Positions 27,986 to 40,465 of a DNA stretch of 64,000 bases are shown one piece after another (within the stretch, counting starts at the first letter, position 1; each line of letters opens with the position of its first letter). Made by a program: the position numbers and the translations under genes. The notes under the pieces were generated by a model that was not told the DNA's origin, did not search any database, and saw only the letters and a list, made by a program, of their open reading frames with translations. Location: the NCBI GenBank assembly GCA_964106915.2, contig OZ066923.1; one strand, written 5' to 3'. The stretch comes from Podarcis gaigeae (taxonomy: Eukaryota).

Positions 27986-28148
27986 TACTTACGCAGGTGC
28001 AGCGTATCACAGTTCTGCAAGTCAAGTTGACCTGCCAAAAACCCTGTACAGTTATTAAAGGTGCAAGCACTTCCATTCTTCTTTGTACTTGGTAATGTGT
28101 TGGTCCATAAGGGGGGGAAACCAGCCCCAACTACAGTAAGGCAAGATC

Positions 28149-28225
28149 TTTATTGGGAAGAACCGAAGTTTCACAGAAATGTGGCAAGCTTTTGAATTCT
28201 CCAGAACTCTTCGTCAGGCAAGATG
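28149..28225 (-). mobile_element. Penelope-like element pseudo-LTR relic with a degenerate hammerhead ribozyme motif
   Basis: Minus strand: CTGACGA-A-GAGTTCT-GG-AGAATTC-AAAA-GCTT...AATAAA. Confidence 0.65.
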
Positions 28226-28669
28226 TTACACAAAGTGGGGCGATGACGACAAAGAGTACAAAAACCAGGCTGACGTAATAATAGCCATGAGATCAACTGT
28301 TCAAGCTGTCTGCAAAGAAGGTGGGACTGTCTGGTGTGACAGGCAATGAAAGCTCCTGGGTGTTTCATGAAACTGGACTTCTGAAAGCCATGACTAAGAG
28401 CCTGCTCTATGAAACAGGTAGCCCCTGGACTCAGAACTAAATCCCAGAGAGGGTGCAAAATGCATCTTTTCAGGCAGCTAGTATTTGATTTAATTAGATG
28501 ATCACTTGCCTGGGGTGTTACATGTTACCTTTTTGCAGGGCAGCTTCTTGGGTGCGAATGTATTGTTCCGTCTGCTTTTGAGTGTGTGAAAAGGTGGCTG
28601 GCAGTATAAACAACAAAGGAACATGCTGTAGCACGGAGGATCCTATGGTGACCAGCTACAAAGCAGAAC

Positions 28670-28805
28670 AGGGGGGCCTTGAGCCAGTCTCTTAGCTGAA
28701 CCCACCTCACAGGGTTGTTGTGAGGATAAAACGGAATGGAGGAGAACTGTGTGCACCACCTCGAGTTCCTCGAGGTGGGAAACAAATTTAAAAATAAATA
28801 AAAAC
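28670..28805 (+). mobile_element. MIR/CORE-like SINE fragment
   Basis: accCACCTCACAGGGTTGTTGTGAGGATAAAA core-like motif and A-rich tail. Confidence 0.6.
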
Positions 28806-29039
28806 AGAGTTCTCCCTACCCCTCTTAAGAGCCATGTGTTAGCTAGTGCAGCTTGCTATCCATGCACGACAAGACTCTTCGTATTAACCTGTACAAAAAG
28901 GATTACCTCTGACAGATATTTCCTTCGGGAGTAACAGGGTCAGGGCACCGCTGGATCTGGATGGACAATTAGTATTGCAGCCTTAGCTGGTTCCTATCCG
29001 GGTGCCCCCTCCAAAAAACCAAGAAAAAATCTTGCACCC

Positions 29040-29730
29040 TTCGGTACCACGGTGGAGACATTTTCACACGGACCCCCAGACATGGCGGTTCCTCTTCGGT
29101 GCCTGCGTTGCGAACCAGCGTCCATTGCGGATAACCCAGTTCCCTTTCCCCCTCCGTGTCTCTTTAAAGCGCGGAGCAGAAGTTCCCTCTCCGAATCCCT
29201 CCCCCCTGCCTCCCTGGCTGCCCTCCCATCACCGCCCTGACGTCAGGAGGAGGGAGGCGTGTGGGTGCCACGGCCTCCCCCGTGTTTAAAATTCGCCAGA
29301 AGGCTGCTCGTGAAGAGGGAGGAGGAGAGCGAGCAGAAGCCTGGCAGCAGAAGGAGCGCCGCTGGCCGCAAGGTAACTTCCTCCGCGGGCGCGCAGGGAT
29401 GCTTTGTGAATTGGCGCCGGAGCGGGAGGAAGGGGACAGATGGGAGAGGCCACGCCGAGGAGGCGCGAGGAAGGGGATGGAGCCGGCTGCCGAATGGTCT
29501 CGCGTGGGGTGGCTCGCTTAACTCTCTTGTGTCGGGTCTCCCGGGTGGGGAGAGAAGGTCCTCTGGCGCTGGCAGCGGAGAGGCGTGTCCCGTCTGTGCG
29601 CGCCGGGCGATTTCAGCTGGGGGCGAATGGCTGTGGGGAAGGGTGTTTGCCGTGCAGGTGGTGATGGCGAATAGCTGCCTGCCTGTATGGTAGCTTTTCT
29701 TTGCAACCGAAGGCTGGAGTCGCCTTTCTC
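29040..29730. promoter_or_regulatory. CpG island, probable CSDC2 promoter; full CRE TGACGTCA (29238-29245), TATA-like TTTAAAA (29285-29291), YY1-like ACATGGCGG (29080-29088)
   Basis: Only extended CpG-rich, GC-rich non-repeat stretch in the window; motifs read directly. Confidence 0.8.
29312..29372 (+). other. CSDC2: Probable non-coding exon 1 of CSDC2 (start approximate)
   Basis: Strong donor CAAG|gtaact ~85 nt after the TATA-like box; no ATG; CSDC2 has a non-coding first exon in mammals. Confidence 0.6.
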
Positions 29731-32700
29731 GTCTCCTATTCCAAGGGGTGAGGGATCTGGTCAGGAAGGGTGTGTGTGGGTATATGTGTGTGTGTTTAAA
29801 TCTGCTTTGGCACCTAGCAAGTTATAATGGACACGGCAGCAAGTCAAAGAAAGGACTAGTGTGAAAGCAATAATTGAAGCTTAGTGATAGTCCTATAAAA
29901 AAACAACACCTAAAGTAGTATTTGGTTTGCATGGCTTTTGATGAAGCTATCAGAAGGTGCTAATGGTGGTTTGGAGTCCCCACCCCTTTTTTGGTCCTGC
30001 CTTTCTCGCTGCCTGCCTTTCTTCTTTTCTCTCTCTCCCACCCCCACCCAAATATCTTGTTTCCCAGTTCCAAGGATGCTTCTGTATTCAGATCATAAAG
30101 ATGGCACTTGAATCTCATTGGATAATCGGCCTCTTGTATATGTGACTGCTTAACCAGAGCTCCACCAGAGGGATGAGACGGACTGTTTTTAGATAAGGGG
30201 ATTGAGGCCTTGAAGAATGTAACCCAGGTTTTTTTTTTGTTATTTAAAATTTCTTTCTTGTTGTAGTTCTTTTTCACCAAAGAGGTGTCTGTCTGGAAAT
30301 GAATGAGTCGATTAATGTTCTCAATTGCATGACACTATCATCACCAGTCTTGGAAGGAAATAGGCTTTTATGAGCATTGGCTAGATAGCCTTTGTATGTT
30401 TTTTTTTTTTTTAAACCCTGCTAGATACAAGTCTATGGAGAACAGTATAAGAGAGAGAATACATGTAACCTGGAACCTGGAAATCTGTAACCTGGAGGAA
30501 AGGATTCAAACCCTCTTTATGAATGTGGTTTATTTAAGTATTTCTGTCTGCTTGTAGTCTGTTAAGAATAACCAATATGTTATAGCAAACCTCTTGGGCG
30601 GTGTGCTTTTACGATGGGCATCTTAAAAATGGTACTCTGTTTAATTCTATAACTATGGGCCTAATAAACTAGTTGTGGTACAAAATCACGTTTACTAGTT
30701 CATGTGTATGGCCCCAGTGCATGTACAAACTGCATGTGTGGTCAGGGACTATTCTTTGTTTCTAGGATGGGGCATACACAACCTTTTGGATGTTGGAGTG
30801 CAAGTCCTATCATCCCTGGCTGTGGTGGATGGGAGTTAAGAGTACAGCAATATCTCAAGGCCACAGGTTCACCTTCCCTCTTTAGGGGTTTCTGGTTCCA
30901 TGTACAATCTGTATATCCATAGGGATTGTATGGCATAGCACATGAAAATTGGGAGTGGGCATTGACGCCACAATCTGGCAGCTCCTTTTGTGCCCATTTG
31001 CTGTCTGCACAGTCATCGTGTGAAAAGCCTTCTGGCCTGGTGAGTCCATGGCAAAAGGAACAGGAACATGGGAACTTCCTGTTCTGGAGCTCAGCATGTG
31101 CATACATTGACCGCTTACTCAAGCTCGCCCCCACTGCTGTTGTTTGAAGCAGAGTACACATGTAATTAGTCACAATCCATAGGTATCCTGTAGCTTCTTG
31201 AGAAATACTCCTGTTTGACGTGCTTTCTCTCTAACCAGCTTCCAGTCAATTAGAAAATGGAAGTTGTGGTTAGACTGAGGAGTTGTACATTTCAGGCAGC
31301 TGTTGAGCATGTGACAGCATCCAGGAACTGGAGTTAGGTGCAGGGAAGACAAAATCAGGTGATGCACATTGGGTGAAGAAGGCATCCTCACCTTTTTCTC
31401 AGGAGTGAAAAGCAACGTTAAAAAATGACTTGAAAAGTAGAGGGGAGACATGACCTTGATGAGTTTCAAGCTGCTAATGTGGACATGGACGGGGGGGCAT
31501 CTGCCCCCCCCAATTAATAAAAATACATAGCTGAGATTCTGCCCCCTTAACAAAAGACTTGCCCCCCCCCAATAAATCCTGGCTACGTCCACATAGCCTC
31601 AGTCTCTTAGCCTCTGGCCCTGCCCAGATCTATAACCACAATTTAAATTGCAAGCCTGTCTGAGTAGGACAGAGCAACACTGTCTGCCTACATAAGTTTG
31701 GGGTCAGTCTATTTCTGGAGGCTTACAAGCCAGAAAGCGAATTTTGTTTTCTATCTCCTTTATGGGCTCTCTCTCTCTATTTAGGTGTGGCTATATATGG
31801 GAAGGTGCTAAGAATAAGTATGTGTGTTTATTTGGTGGAAAGGGAGAGGCTTCCACAAACCCCCTGCATTAATGAACACTCAGTTCTTGCCTTAAGAAAA
31901 ATAGCAATTTTATGATGTCTTGCATAGAATATTGAGGACACTTGATGGATACCAAGAGCCTAATGTGTATCTCTGAAAGGGGCAGACACTGGAAAGACTT
32001 CAATAAATTTCCACTTAAAAATGCAATTGAGGATAACTAGTTTAGGATGCAATGCTAGAAATAAGTTCAGAAGCAACACCACAGTGGGGTTGCATATAAA
32101 TACTGTAGATGTGTATAGCAGGGGTGAGCAATCTGTGGCCTTTGGTCTAATTTAATGTGGCCCTTAGTCTAATTTAACAGTGGCAAGGAGGAGAAAATGA
32201 AGAAAGGAGTGATAGAAAGAGACACACAAAATGGGTGGGAGGAGCTCTGGCCCCTTTCACTTTTTGTTCCAGCCCCTGGCACTGATGTTTCACTGATGGT
32301 TACATGGCCTGTGACGGATTACTCCAAGAGAACATGGCCCTCAATGGGAAAAAATATTCCTCACCTTTGATGCATAGGAGTATATGGTTAGCCTCTGAGA
32401 AAGAAGACGGGAATCTTTTGGGTGGAAGAAGGCCCTCTTTTAAACTCAGATTTTGTGTGAGTATGTGTACACACACTTGTTTCGAAAGAATGTATGCATT
32501 GATAAACCACTCTTACACCTTAGTATTAGATGGGGGGGGGGGAAATGGTTCTGAGCAACGAAACATGAGTGTGCTTTCTGGCAATTGGATTCCCTTCAGT
32601 CTGACAAGATATTTCAGGTATGTAAAAAGGAGAATTATGGGATTTAAAGATGAGGGGCCTGAGAGGAAAGAAGGGATTGGTCTGCAGGACAAGCTTATGT

Positions 32701-35700
32701 TAATCAAATGTGTATGTAGTAGCTTAGCGAAAAGTGCCATCTGAGAGATTTGCTCTGCCTGTTGCAGTGGTGGCAGGGCTGGAGAGAGTCTAGGGCTGTC
32801 CTCTATGTAAGGCACTTCCAATGGGACTAAGGAGGAGGAGGAAGAGCAGTGTTAGAAACTGGGATAGAAAAACTAGGAGCCATATGGCTTCTGGGACATG
32901 GGTTGTTGGGCGCCAAAACAGAATGTCTAGTTGCCAAACTAGGGAGGGGGTTTGGCAATACTTTTTATTTATTATTCTGATAAGCATGAACTAATACACA
33001 ATTCACATAAGTCACACATTATTCACACCACATTTTTAGCAGAAATTGTTAATACATGTTTAATTTGGTGTTTACAATATTGCCTATGCTTAACATACAC
33101 TTCAAGGCTTCAGATCATATACATTTCAGTAATTCTTGAGTGTCAGCCAGGTGCAAAAAATGGCACTTTTTGAGGTGCTCACAAATGGAGAATCTTTAGG
33201 AGCAAAATGTGCCCAGCGCCCTGCTAATTTTGAACCTGGAGGAGGAGGAGGTTGTTGTCGGTTGCTGCCACCCAGTGAACTGGTTGTAAGTAAGAAGATG
33301 GCTCGAGAGTAGGCTGAGGTGGGCAGGGCAATGCCCAACTTGCCCTAAAGGACTAATCTCTAATACTAGCTAGCCTGTGGGCTGGGAAGCATCTTGCAGA
33401 GTTCAGCAGCCTCTCTTCAGCCTGAGCATTACTGCTTTGGAATGCTGAATTTAAAGTAAAATAAACCCAATAAATCAAATTGCTTTTAAGAATAAGCTGA
33501 AAATGATGCTTTATTATTTTTTATTTATTATGGCAAAAGGTTTTGTAGACCGCCTTCCTGTATATCAGGTACATGAAGAGTTGCAGTCCTATAGGCACAG
33601 GGTTAGGGGATTTCAAAAAATAGTTAACACCGACATCCAGGCATTGGAAAGGCAATTATGTGTAGTGTAGCTAGAAAAAACCTTTGTCTTGATTAAACCT
33701 CAAGTTGTAGCACTGAATGTTATAATAGCAGTTTTACACGCAGTCTCCCTTATGAAGTTCCTTTGTTCCAGTATGGCCACCTTAAGGTCAGGTACAGAGT
33801 GTCCTGACAGGATGAAGCTTTCCTCCCACTGATTTTATTTATTTATTGCCATTTCTGATGTTAGATTTGTGTCCATTCTTTTGTGCAGAGACTGGCTTGT
33901 TTTGCTGTGCATCGTCGGCAGGAGGGCATTGTCTGCAGACGATGGTATATATCTAATGGGAAGATAAGCAAGAGAATGAGCCTGATGTCGTTGTGGATGG
34001 CTTCAGTAGGTTTGGCCATAGTGTCGCTAGGTAGACAATGGGACAGAGCTGGCATCTGGGTCTGCTGTTCCTATAAAATGATACAACAAAAAATCACCTT
34101 CACAGAACGTTTCGTGTTTTGAAGTGTAAGCTGTTGAACAGCTGATGAAGAATGCTGCAGTTCTATGCCGCCTTTTGGGTGGCTTGTTTCATCTATTTTC
34201 TCCAAGGCCATTGATTGCTAAGGGCATAACTTCTGCAGTTTGTTTTCGTGAAGTGGTTTGTAGCTGGATTGCAGTCGTGATGCACAAATCTGCTTCACCA
34301 TATTTGAAATCTGGTATCTAGAATAAGAGTAGAACCTGTGACTTCGGCTCTCATTTTGAGTAATGGACTAGAATCCCGTTTCTTGGCCTGCTTGTGCCAT
34401 ATCACAGCCCTCTGCTGCCATGTCCTATTCTTACTTTTCACCTTTTATTAAATGTGACACCTGAAAAAGCTCAGGAGGCCTTGTATAGTCAGCAGGACTT
34501 GTCTTGAAACAGACATTTTTTGGGGTAGAATCTGTGGTGGTTTCATGATGGATTTCAGATGGTGACTTCCATATGCAATGATGAAGACTGGTAATGTGTG
34601 TGGTGTCTCTAGGCTTTTATAACTGATTGCCATCATGCCTTATCTGTGAGTTTCCCAGAGCATCTGGTTGAGGGACAGAATGCTAGATTATGTAGACCAG
34701 GCCTCCGAGTGGTCCTCCAGGTGTTGCTGCACTACAGCTTCCATTAGCCCTTGCCAGCATGGCCAGCGCTCATGGATGATGGAAGTTGTAGTCAACATCT
34801 GGAGGGCCACAGGTTCTCCACCTTGAGGTACTCCTTTGTTCCACCCACGATGGTGGTTCTTGTCATCTTGGCACCCTGGAAAGAGCTGCTATAAAATGTA
34901 TTTTGTTAGCAGTAGTTCAAGGGTTTTTTAACAGGGAAATGAAGTTTGGTATGGGACAAAACGAAAAGATATTATTTGGACACCAGAGTTTGATCTTCTA
35001 CATTCTTTTACCTCCTCTCACATTTCTTCTGAATTTCCTATTATAGTAGGTCTGTTAGCAGACTTACTGCAAGACAGCGTGATTTCAAGGGATTAATGAA
35101 ATAGTTCTGCTGCTTTCTAAAGCTGCAAAGTACTGTAGTTATTGATGCCAAGTGTTACTTCTTTTCATCCTGCTAGCCTGCCGTTTAATCCATTGGCTGT
35201 AAATATACAGAGAGTTAAATCACACCCACAGAACATAATGATGGATATCTCTTCAGGGATGACTTCTGACTACCTGCCAGGCCCCTTTGTTCCAGTAGGG
35301 CTACAGTATATGGGCCTACAACATCCACTTGGATAGCAGTGGAAAGCCATTCCACTTCCTGTGAACCAGAGAATGGCTAGTGACCATACACAGTGAACCC
35401 GAGGTACCACTGTACACCTAGTTCCTAGGTATCCACGACACTCATCCTTTCTTCCGAAAAAGGACTAGTGGGTCTAAAGTGGAGTTGGGACGACTCTTCT
35501 TAAAGACAAAACACAGCTTCTGTCATCATTTCTGTCATCCCTGCTGAGCGGAGACCAAGCCTCTCACACTGCACTCGCTAGTTCCTGATGGGTAGGTCTA
35601 CCCACCTGCCAGTCCTTTTATGTCCAGTGATGTCAAGTGACTTGATTTCACATGAAGGATTGAGAGGAGTACACTCCAGATGCGCTCTGATTCTCCTTTC

Positions 35701-36059
35701 CAGCTACTGATAGATTTTGGTACTTTTTGAATCCGCCACCTTTCTCTGTTGTCAAATTCAAATATAGTGCTTAACTCTACCAGCAGCTAGAAAGGAAATT
35801 CTTCCTCTGCAGCTTGACCCTGTGGGTTTATCTGTTCGGTGCTTGATGCCATATGACATCAGGTGATAGACAGGTGGATAGAAATGGGTATAGTTTAGGC
35901 CCAGGGTTTTCAAACGTGGATCTCCAGCTGTTTTTGGACTACAGTTCCCATCGTTCCTGACTACTGGTCCTTCTAGCTAAGGATGATGGGAGTTGTAGTC
36001 TAAAAAACAGCTGAAGACCCAATTTTGGGAAACCCTGGTTTAGGCTAAATAGGGAAGCT

Positions 36060-36720
36060 TGGTGAGCCTAATTATGTTTGCAGACTGGAGGTTATCTGGC
36101 CTTAGGCCTGTGTTTGGTGCTGAAATACCCTTGGTCACCATGATGGATGATGTATGGCAGAAGGACTGGGCAGAGGTGGCTTTAGGGTACTGTGACTGGT
36201 TTGGTTGCACTGGTTGCTGGCACTGCAACAATGATGTAGAATGGAGGGCGAGAGGTGGGGTGGGTGGGTTTGTGCCGAATTTGAGCATGACACAGGACGC
36301 TGCTGAAATTTGAGAGCCCAAAGTCTGCCACTGAACAGGAGAGTGTGACCTTGCTGATTCTACTGGATCTCTTGGTGACTTTGATACCACTGTCCATGGT
36401 ATCATTCTAGGTAAGCTGTCTGTGGTGGTGGTGGTGGTGGTGGTGGGGTGGCATTCCTTTGCAGTGGTTGTGGTAGATAATTCCAGAAGACTGGGCTCGG
36501 GAACAGGCCTGGCAGTTATACCACAGGGTTTCAACTTGCTATTTAACATTTCATATGAAACTAGTGAGTGAGGTCATCTAGATATTCCTAGTGAGGTGCC
36601 ATCAATATTTCAGTGGCATCCATCTCTTTCTCCTTTTCATCTGACTCAGGTGCTGAATCAGTGCTTGGGAACAGTAATGGTCTGGATGAGGGCCAACAAA
36701 TTGAAGCTCAGTCCCGACAC
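36060..36720 (+). mobile_element. Decayed L2-like LINE RT fragment
   Basis: LLILLDLLVTFDTTVHGIIL (LLDLSAAFDTVDH-like) and WMRANKLKLSPD (WMxxNKLKLNPDK-like) motifs; (GGT)n inside. Confidence 0.65.
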
Positions 36721-37554
36721 TCTGGCTTGGAAGTGCAGCTAATTCTACTTCACTTCTGAGCCATGCCCTGTGCTTACCTGAATATAAAGTATAACTCTGC
36801 AACTGATCAGATATTCTTCTGAGACAAACCTGATAAACAGAGCTGCATAAAGAATTGGTCAAAGGCAACCATAAATTTAATTTTAATTTATGTTTTACAT
36901 TTTTAATACGGAATACTTTGTCATTGTAATCTGCTTTGAGACCTAAATGGTTGAAAGGACCTGGATATAAGCTTTAAAAATAAATAAAACCGGTTAATAA
37001 TTTACAAGCGAGAAACATGGAGGCTGATAAGAAATTAGCACAATGCCAGCTTATCACAGAACATTTTTGGACTTGCGATTTTACTTCCTCGTTTAAACTA
37101 TTGAGTGTTGGAAGCCATTGTACTGCAAATTGCCCTCAGCTCTGTTCCTAGATGTTAGAGGGCTTCCCCTCCTTGCCATTGGCTCTGCAGCTAGTCTTAA
37201 ACTGGGTGGTCAAATACTCAAAGTCAGTGGGAAAGCATTTTGCTCTAAAATCTGTATTTGGTTCTGGACTTACTTAAGCAGGCTTAAAATGCATGTACTG
37301 TATGTTCTGGGCTTTCAGTGTCACGCCACAGGTTAATGATTGAGTGGTACTGGAGAGTTTGAATTTGAAACATGTGCTTGAATTCTATATAATTTTAATA
37401 TCCCATCCTTTTCCCAAAGAGCTCAAGGCCTCTTTCCCAACCCCAGTTTTATCATCTCAACATTATAGTATGGAGAGTGAGGTTAGGCCCAAGAGTTGAG
37501 TTTCATGGCTGTGTTGGCATTTGAATATGGGTTTCCTGGTCCTAGTTCAACATA

Positions 37555-37700
37555 CAGTGGTGTAGCGTGGGTTGTCAGCACCCGGGGCAAGGCAAGTAAT
37601 TTGCGCCCCCTAACCCGTGGATTTGCGCCCCCTAATCCTAACCCCCAGATGTTGCGCCCGGTGCGGCCAGCCCCCCCTGCACCCCCACACTACGCCACTG
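37555..37700. mobile_element. hAT-type MITE with 8-bp TSD TCAACATA, inserted in an older MIR-like SINE
   Basis: TSD at 37547-37554 and 37701-37708; TIR CAGTGGTGTAG / CTACGCCACTG. Confidence 0.9.
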
Positions 37701-39334
37701 TCAACATATTAACCACTACACTATGCTAGTTGGCCATATCAAGGGGGGTCAGTCTTGAATGTATGCATAGAAATGAATTAACATATACACAAGCAATTAC
37801 CATTTGTCAGAGAGCCTACACTGATGAAAGTTGTAGTCCATCAAGGCATCGGGATGGAGGCGGCTGGCCTAGAGCATTTAAAAAACACACTACCACTGAC
37901 ATTGCATATTTAAGGTCATTACATCCCAGTTATCTGTATCCCCTTATTGCTCTTGCCTTCTTCCCCTATTGCTATAGGGACTAGTTTATGAGTTGGCCAA
38001 GAGGCGTTCTGGTGAATCTGTTGTCTTTTGCTGCCCTAATTTAGTCCTGATCCCTGGTTAGGAAGCTTCTGTGTTCTACTATGGCATTATGTAAACACCC
38101 ATTTTGGTGAGTCAGAAGGAATGCAAGTAAATAGGCGCCTGCTGCTAACCAAATAGCTGAGCGTTTAAATCCCTGTTCTTTTGGCTTAGTGACAGGTCTG
38201 TGCTCTTTGAGTCAGCTGGTTTTCATCTCCCTCTCTGTCTGTGTCTCATGCACACCCCTATACCTGCTTAGTTACCTTTCTTTTTCTGGCCATGTATTGC
38301 TGTTACTGTAGCATCACAGTGCCTGCAGCATCCTTCTGTTTTTCACGGCAGGGGGGACTGGGGGACCACAGGGAGCACGGGAAGAGTAGACTATTTGGGC
38401 TTGTGAGATCACTTGCAGAAATAATTCCTTTAGCCTTGAAGTGACAGCTCACGTAGCAAAAAGAGAGAAAGCAAATGATGTTATAATTCCCACCAAAGAT
38501 TAGCAAGCTAGATATTTGGAGGATAATACTGGAGCCATAGACGTCATGCAGCCACCTTTTAATTATCTGCACAGTTCTGTGTGGATAATTCATATGGTTA
38601 AATAAGCCTGAAGCATCTGTGTTGCAACTGCATCTAAAGGGGGGGGGGGGCTTTTCTTTTCTTTTGCAGTGTGGTGGTCAAAAGAGACAAACCCGAAATG
38701 TCATAGGAAGTGCCGAAAGGTAGCATTGTGTGATGAAATGTAATTATCCAAACTGAGCTGCAGCATTTTTATTTCTTTTAGAAGTGATGTTAAAATGGTC
38801 TCTGAGGTTGGGCTGATCTGATCTCAAGGCTAGGAAGAGGGAAGTGGTGTGTGTGTCTTCAGCATTGCAGGCTTTCTACCAGGAGTAGCTGATATGGTGC
38901 CCACCAGACATAGCTGGACTCCAGCTCCCATTCTGCTGACTCGTTGACCATGCTTGCTGGGGTTGATGGAGTTGGGAGTCCAACACACACTGGCTACCCC
39001 TCCATTACGCAGTTGGTTATGATTCTAGAAGCTCCATCCGGCTGCATTTTCAGCCCCAGGCTGCACAGTTCCTCAGTCAACTAGTTAGAACTATTTATTC
39101 CACTCTGGGCTAATGACAACATGGACACAAGTTTTTAAGTACCCTAGAATGCTTCTTTGGAAGTCTCCATAGACCATTGTCTTGGAGCCCACAGACAAGC
39201 TGGTGGCACCACTGCCAATCAGCTTTCCCATTACTTAGGACTCTTCTTTTTCTGTTCGCATGACAGGTTGATCCCAAAGGCTGAGAGTCGTTGATCACCT
39301 CTTTCCTGTTGACATACCAGAGGACAGCCACACC

Positions 39335-39510
39335 ATGTCATCTGACCAGACTTCTCAGTCCACTGTGCCACCTCTCCACTCTCCAAAGTCACCTGTGTGG
39401 CCAATTTTCCCTTTTAACAGAGAGGGAAGCCGGATCTGTGAGAGAGGTGCCCACCTTCTTCGGGACTTACCCAGCCCACTTCCCACAAAAAGAACCAGGA
39501 CATACTCTGC
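39335..39510 (+). CDS. CSDC2: Cold shock domain-containing protein C2 (PIPPin), first coding exon
   Basis: Kozak cacaccATG; [59 protein letters not shown]; donor GC|gtaagt; 176 coding nt. Confidence 0.96.
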
Positions 39511-39944
39511 GTAAGTAACCAGACTGTGCCACTAAGCTAGGAATCACCAGGGTCATTTTTTTCCATTTTAAAATTGGTTAACAATTAGACTTGGACAGTG
39601 TGGAAAATACCGGGGCAAGGGGGCTTGGGGAGAGGAGGAATTGAGGTTTTTTTCCTGATTTGTGCACATTATTTGATTGTGGTCAAGTTCTGACAGAGTT
39701 CTTTCAGACTTTGATGGAAAGTGGTGGTGTGATAAGACCACGATGACACTATTTTCTGATAACTTTGGTTAATCCCATGTCAAATGGTCCTATTGAATCA
39801 TTTCTAGCTATAGTCTGGACTGTGGGGGGGAAATGGGAGCCTTGAAACCGTGAGGTTGTTTAGAAAGGTAACACATGGACATTTTCCTGGCTGGACATGC
39901 CAGTGTGGTTTAGACTGAGTCTCAAACCTCTTTCTTCTTCCTAG

Positions 39945-40067
39945 GACGGCTCGTGCTTCCGCTGGTCCTGTCTATAAGGGTGTATGTAAGCAGTTTTCAC
40001 GCTCCCAAGGCCACGGCTTCATCACCCCAGAGAGTGGCACAGAGGACATATTTGTACATGTGTCTGA
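39945..40067 (+). CDS. CSDC2: CSDC2 second coding exon (cold-shock domain)
   Basis: tag|G ACG...GA|gtaagt; [41 protein letters not shown] (RNP1/RNP2-like motifs); 123 nt. Confidence 0.98.
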
Positions 40068-40302
40068 GTAAGTTCCATGGCTGCAGAGCCTTTAACCTCT
40101 TATGTTATGATGCAAATATCTCACATCTGAACAGTCACTGCTCCTTTCTCTCTCCCAAACCCTACTTGTGTCAACAGTATCATTGTAAGGACGCATTTAT
40201 GAAGGAGCCCTGTTAACTGGATGTTGATAGATTTATTAATAATGACGAATTAAACAGAAAATTAAGAAACTGCTGAAATGTTGTTTACTTTTTCTTTTTC
40301 AG

Positions 40303-40465
40303 CATCGAGGGGGAATATGTTCCAGTAGAAGGAGATGAGGTCACATACAAAATCTGTCCCATCCCACCAAAGAACCAGAAGTTCCAGGCTGTGGAGGTGG
40401 TGCTCACCCATTTAGCTCCACACACAAAGCATGAAACGTGGTCTGGCCAAATCATTGGATCGTAA
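40303..40465 (+). CDS. CSDC2: CSDC2 last coding exon (TAA at 40463-40465)
   Basis: cag|C ATC...; [53 protein letters not shown]; total CDS 462 nt = 153 aa. Confidence 0.98.

Noticed and set aside
29002-29706. Cluster of overlapping ORFs up to 144 aa
   Set aside because: Expected in a GC-rich CpG island with few stop codons; no recognisable protein.
36040-36549. 169-aa minus-strand ORF with a poly-Thr run
   Set aside because: Antisense of an L2 fragment containing a (GGT)n microsatellite.
38150-38820. Repeat-free stretch in CSDC2 intron 1 with E-box, half-CRE and MEF2-like words (possible enhancer or alternative promoter)
   Set aside because: Motifs are short or imperfect, and conservation cannot be assessed from this sequence alone.
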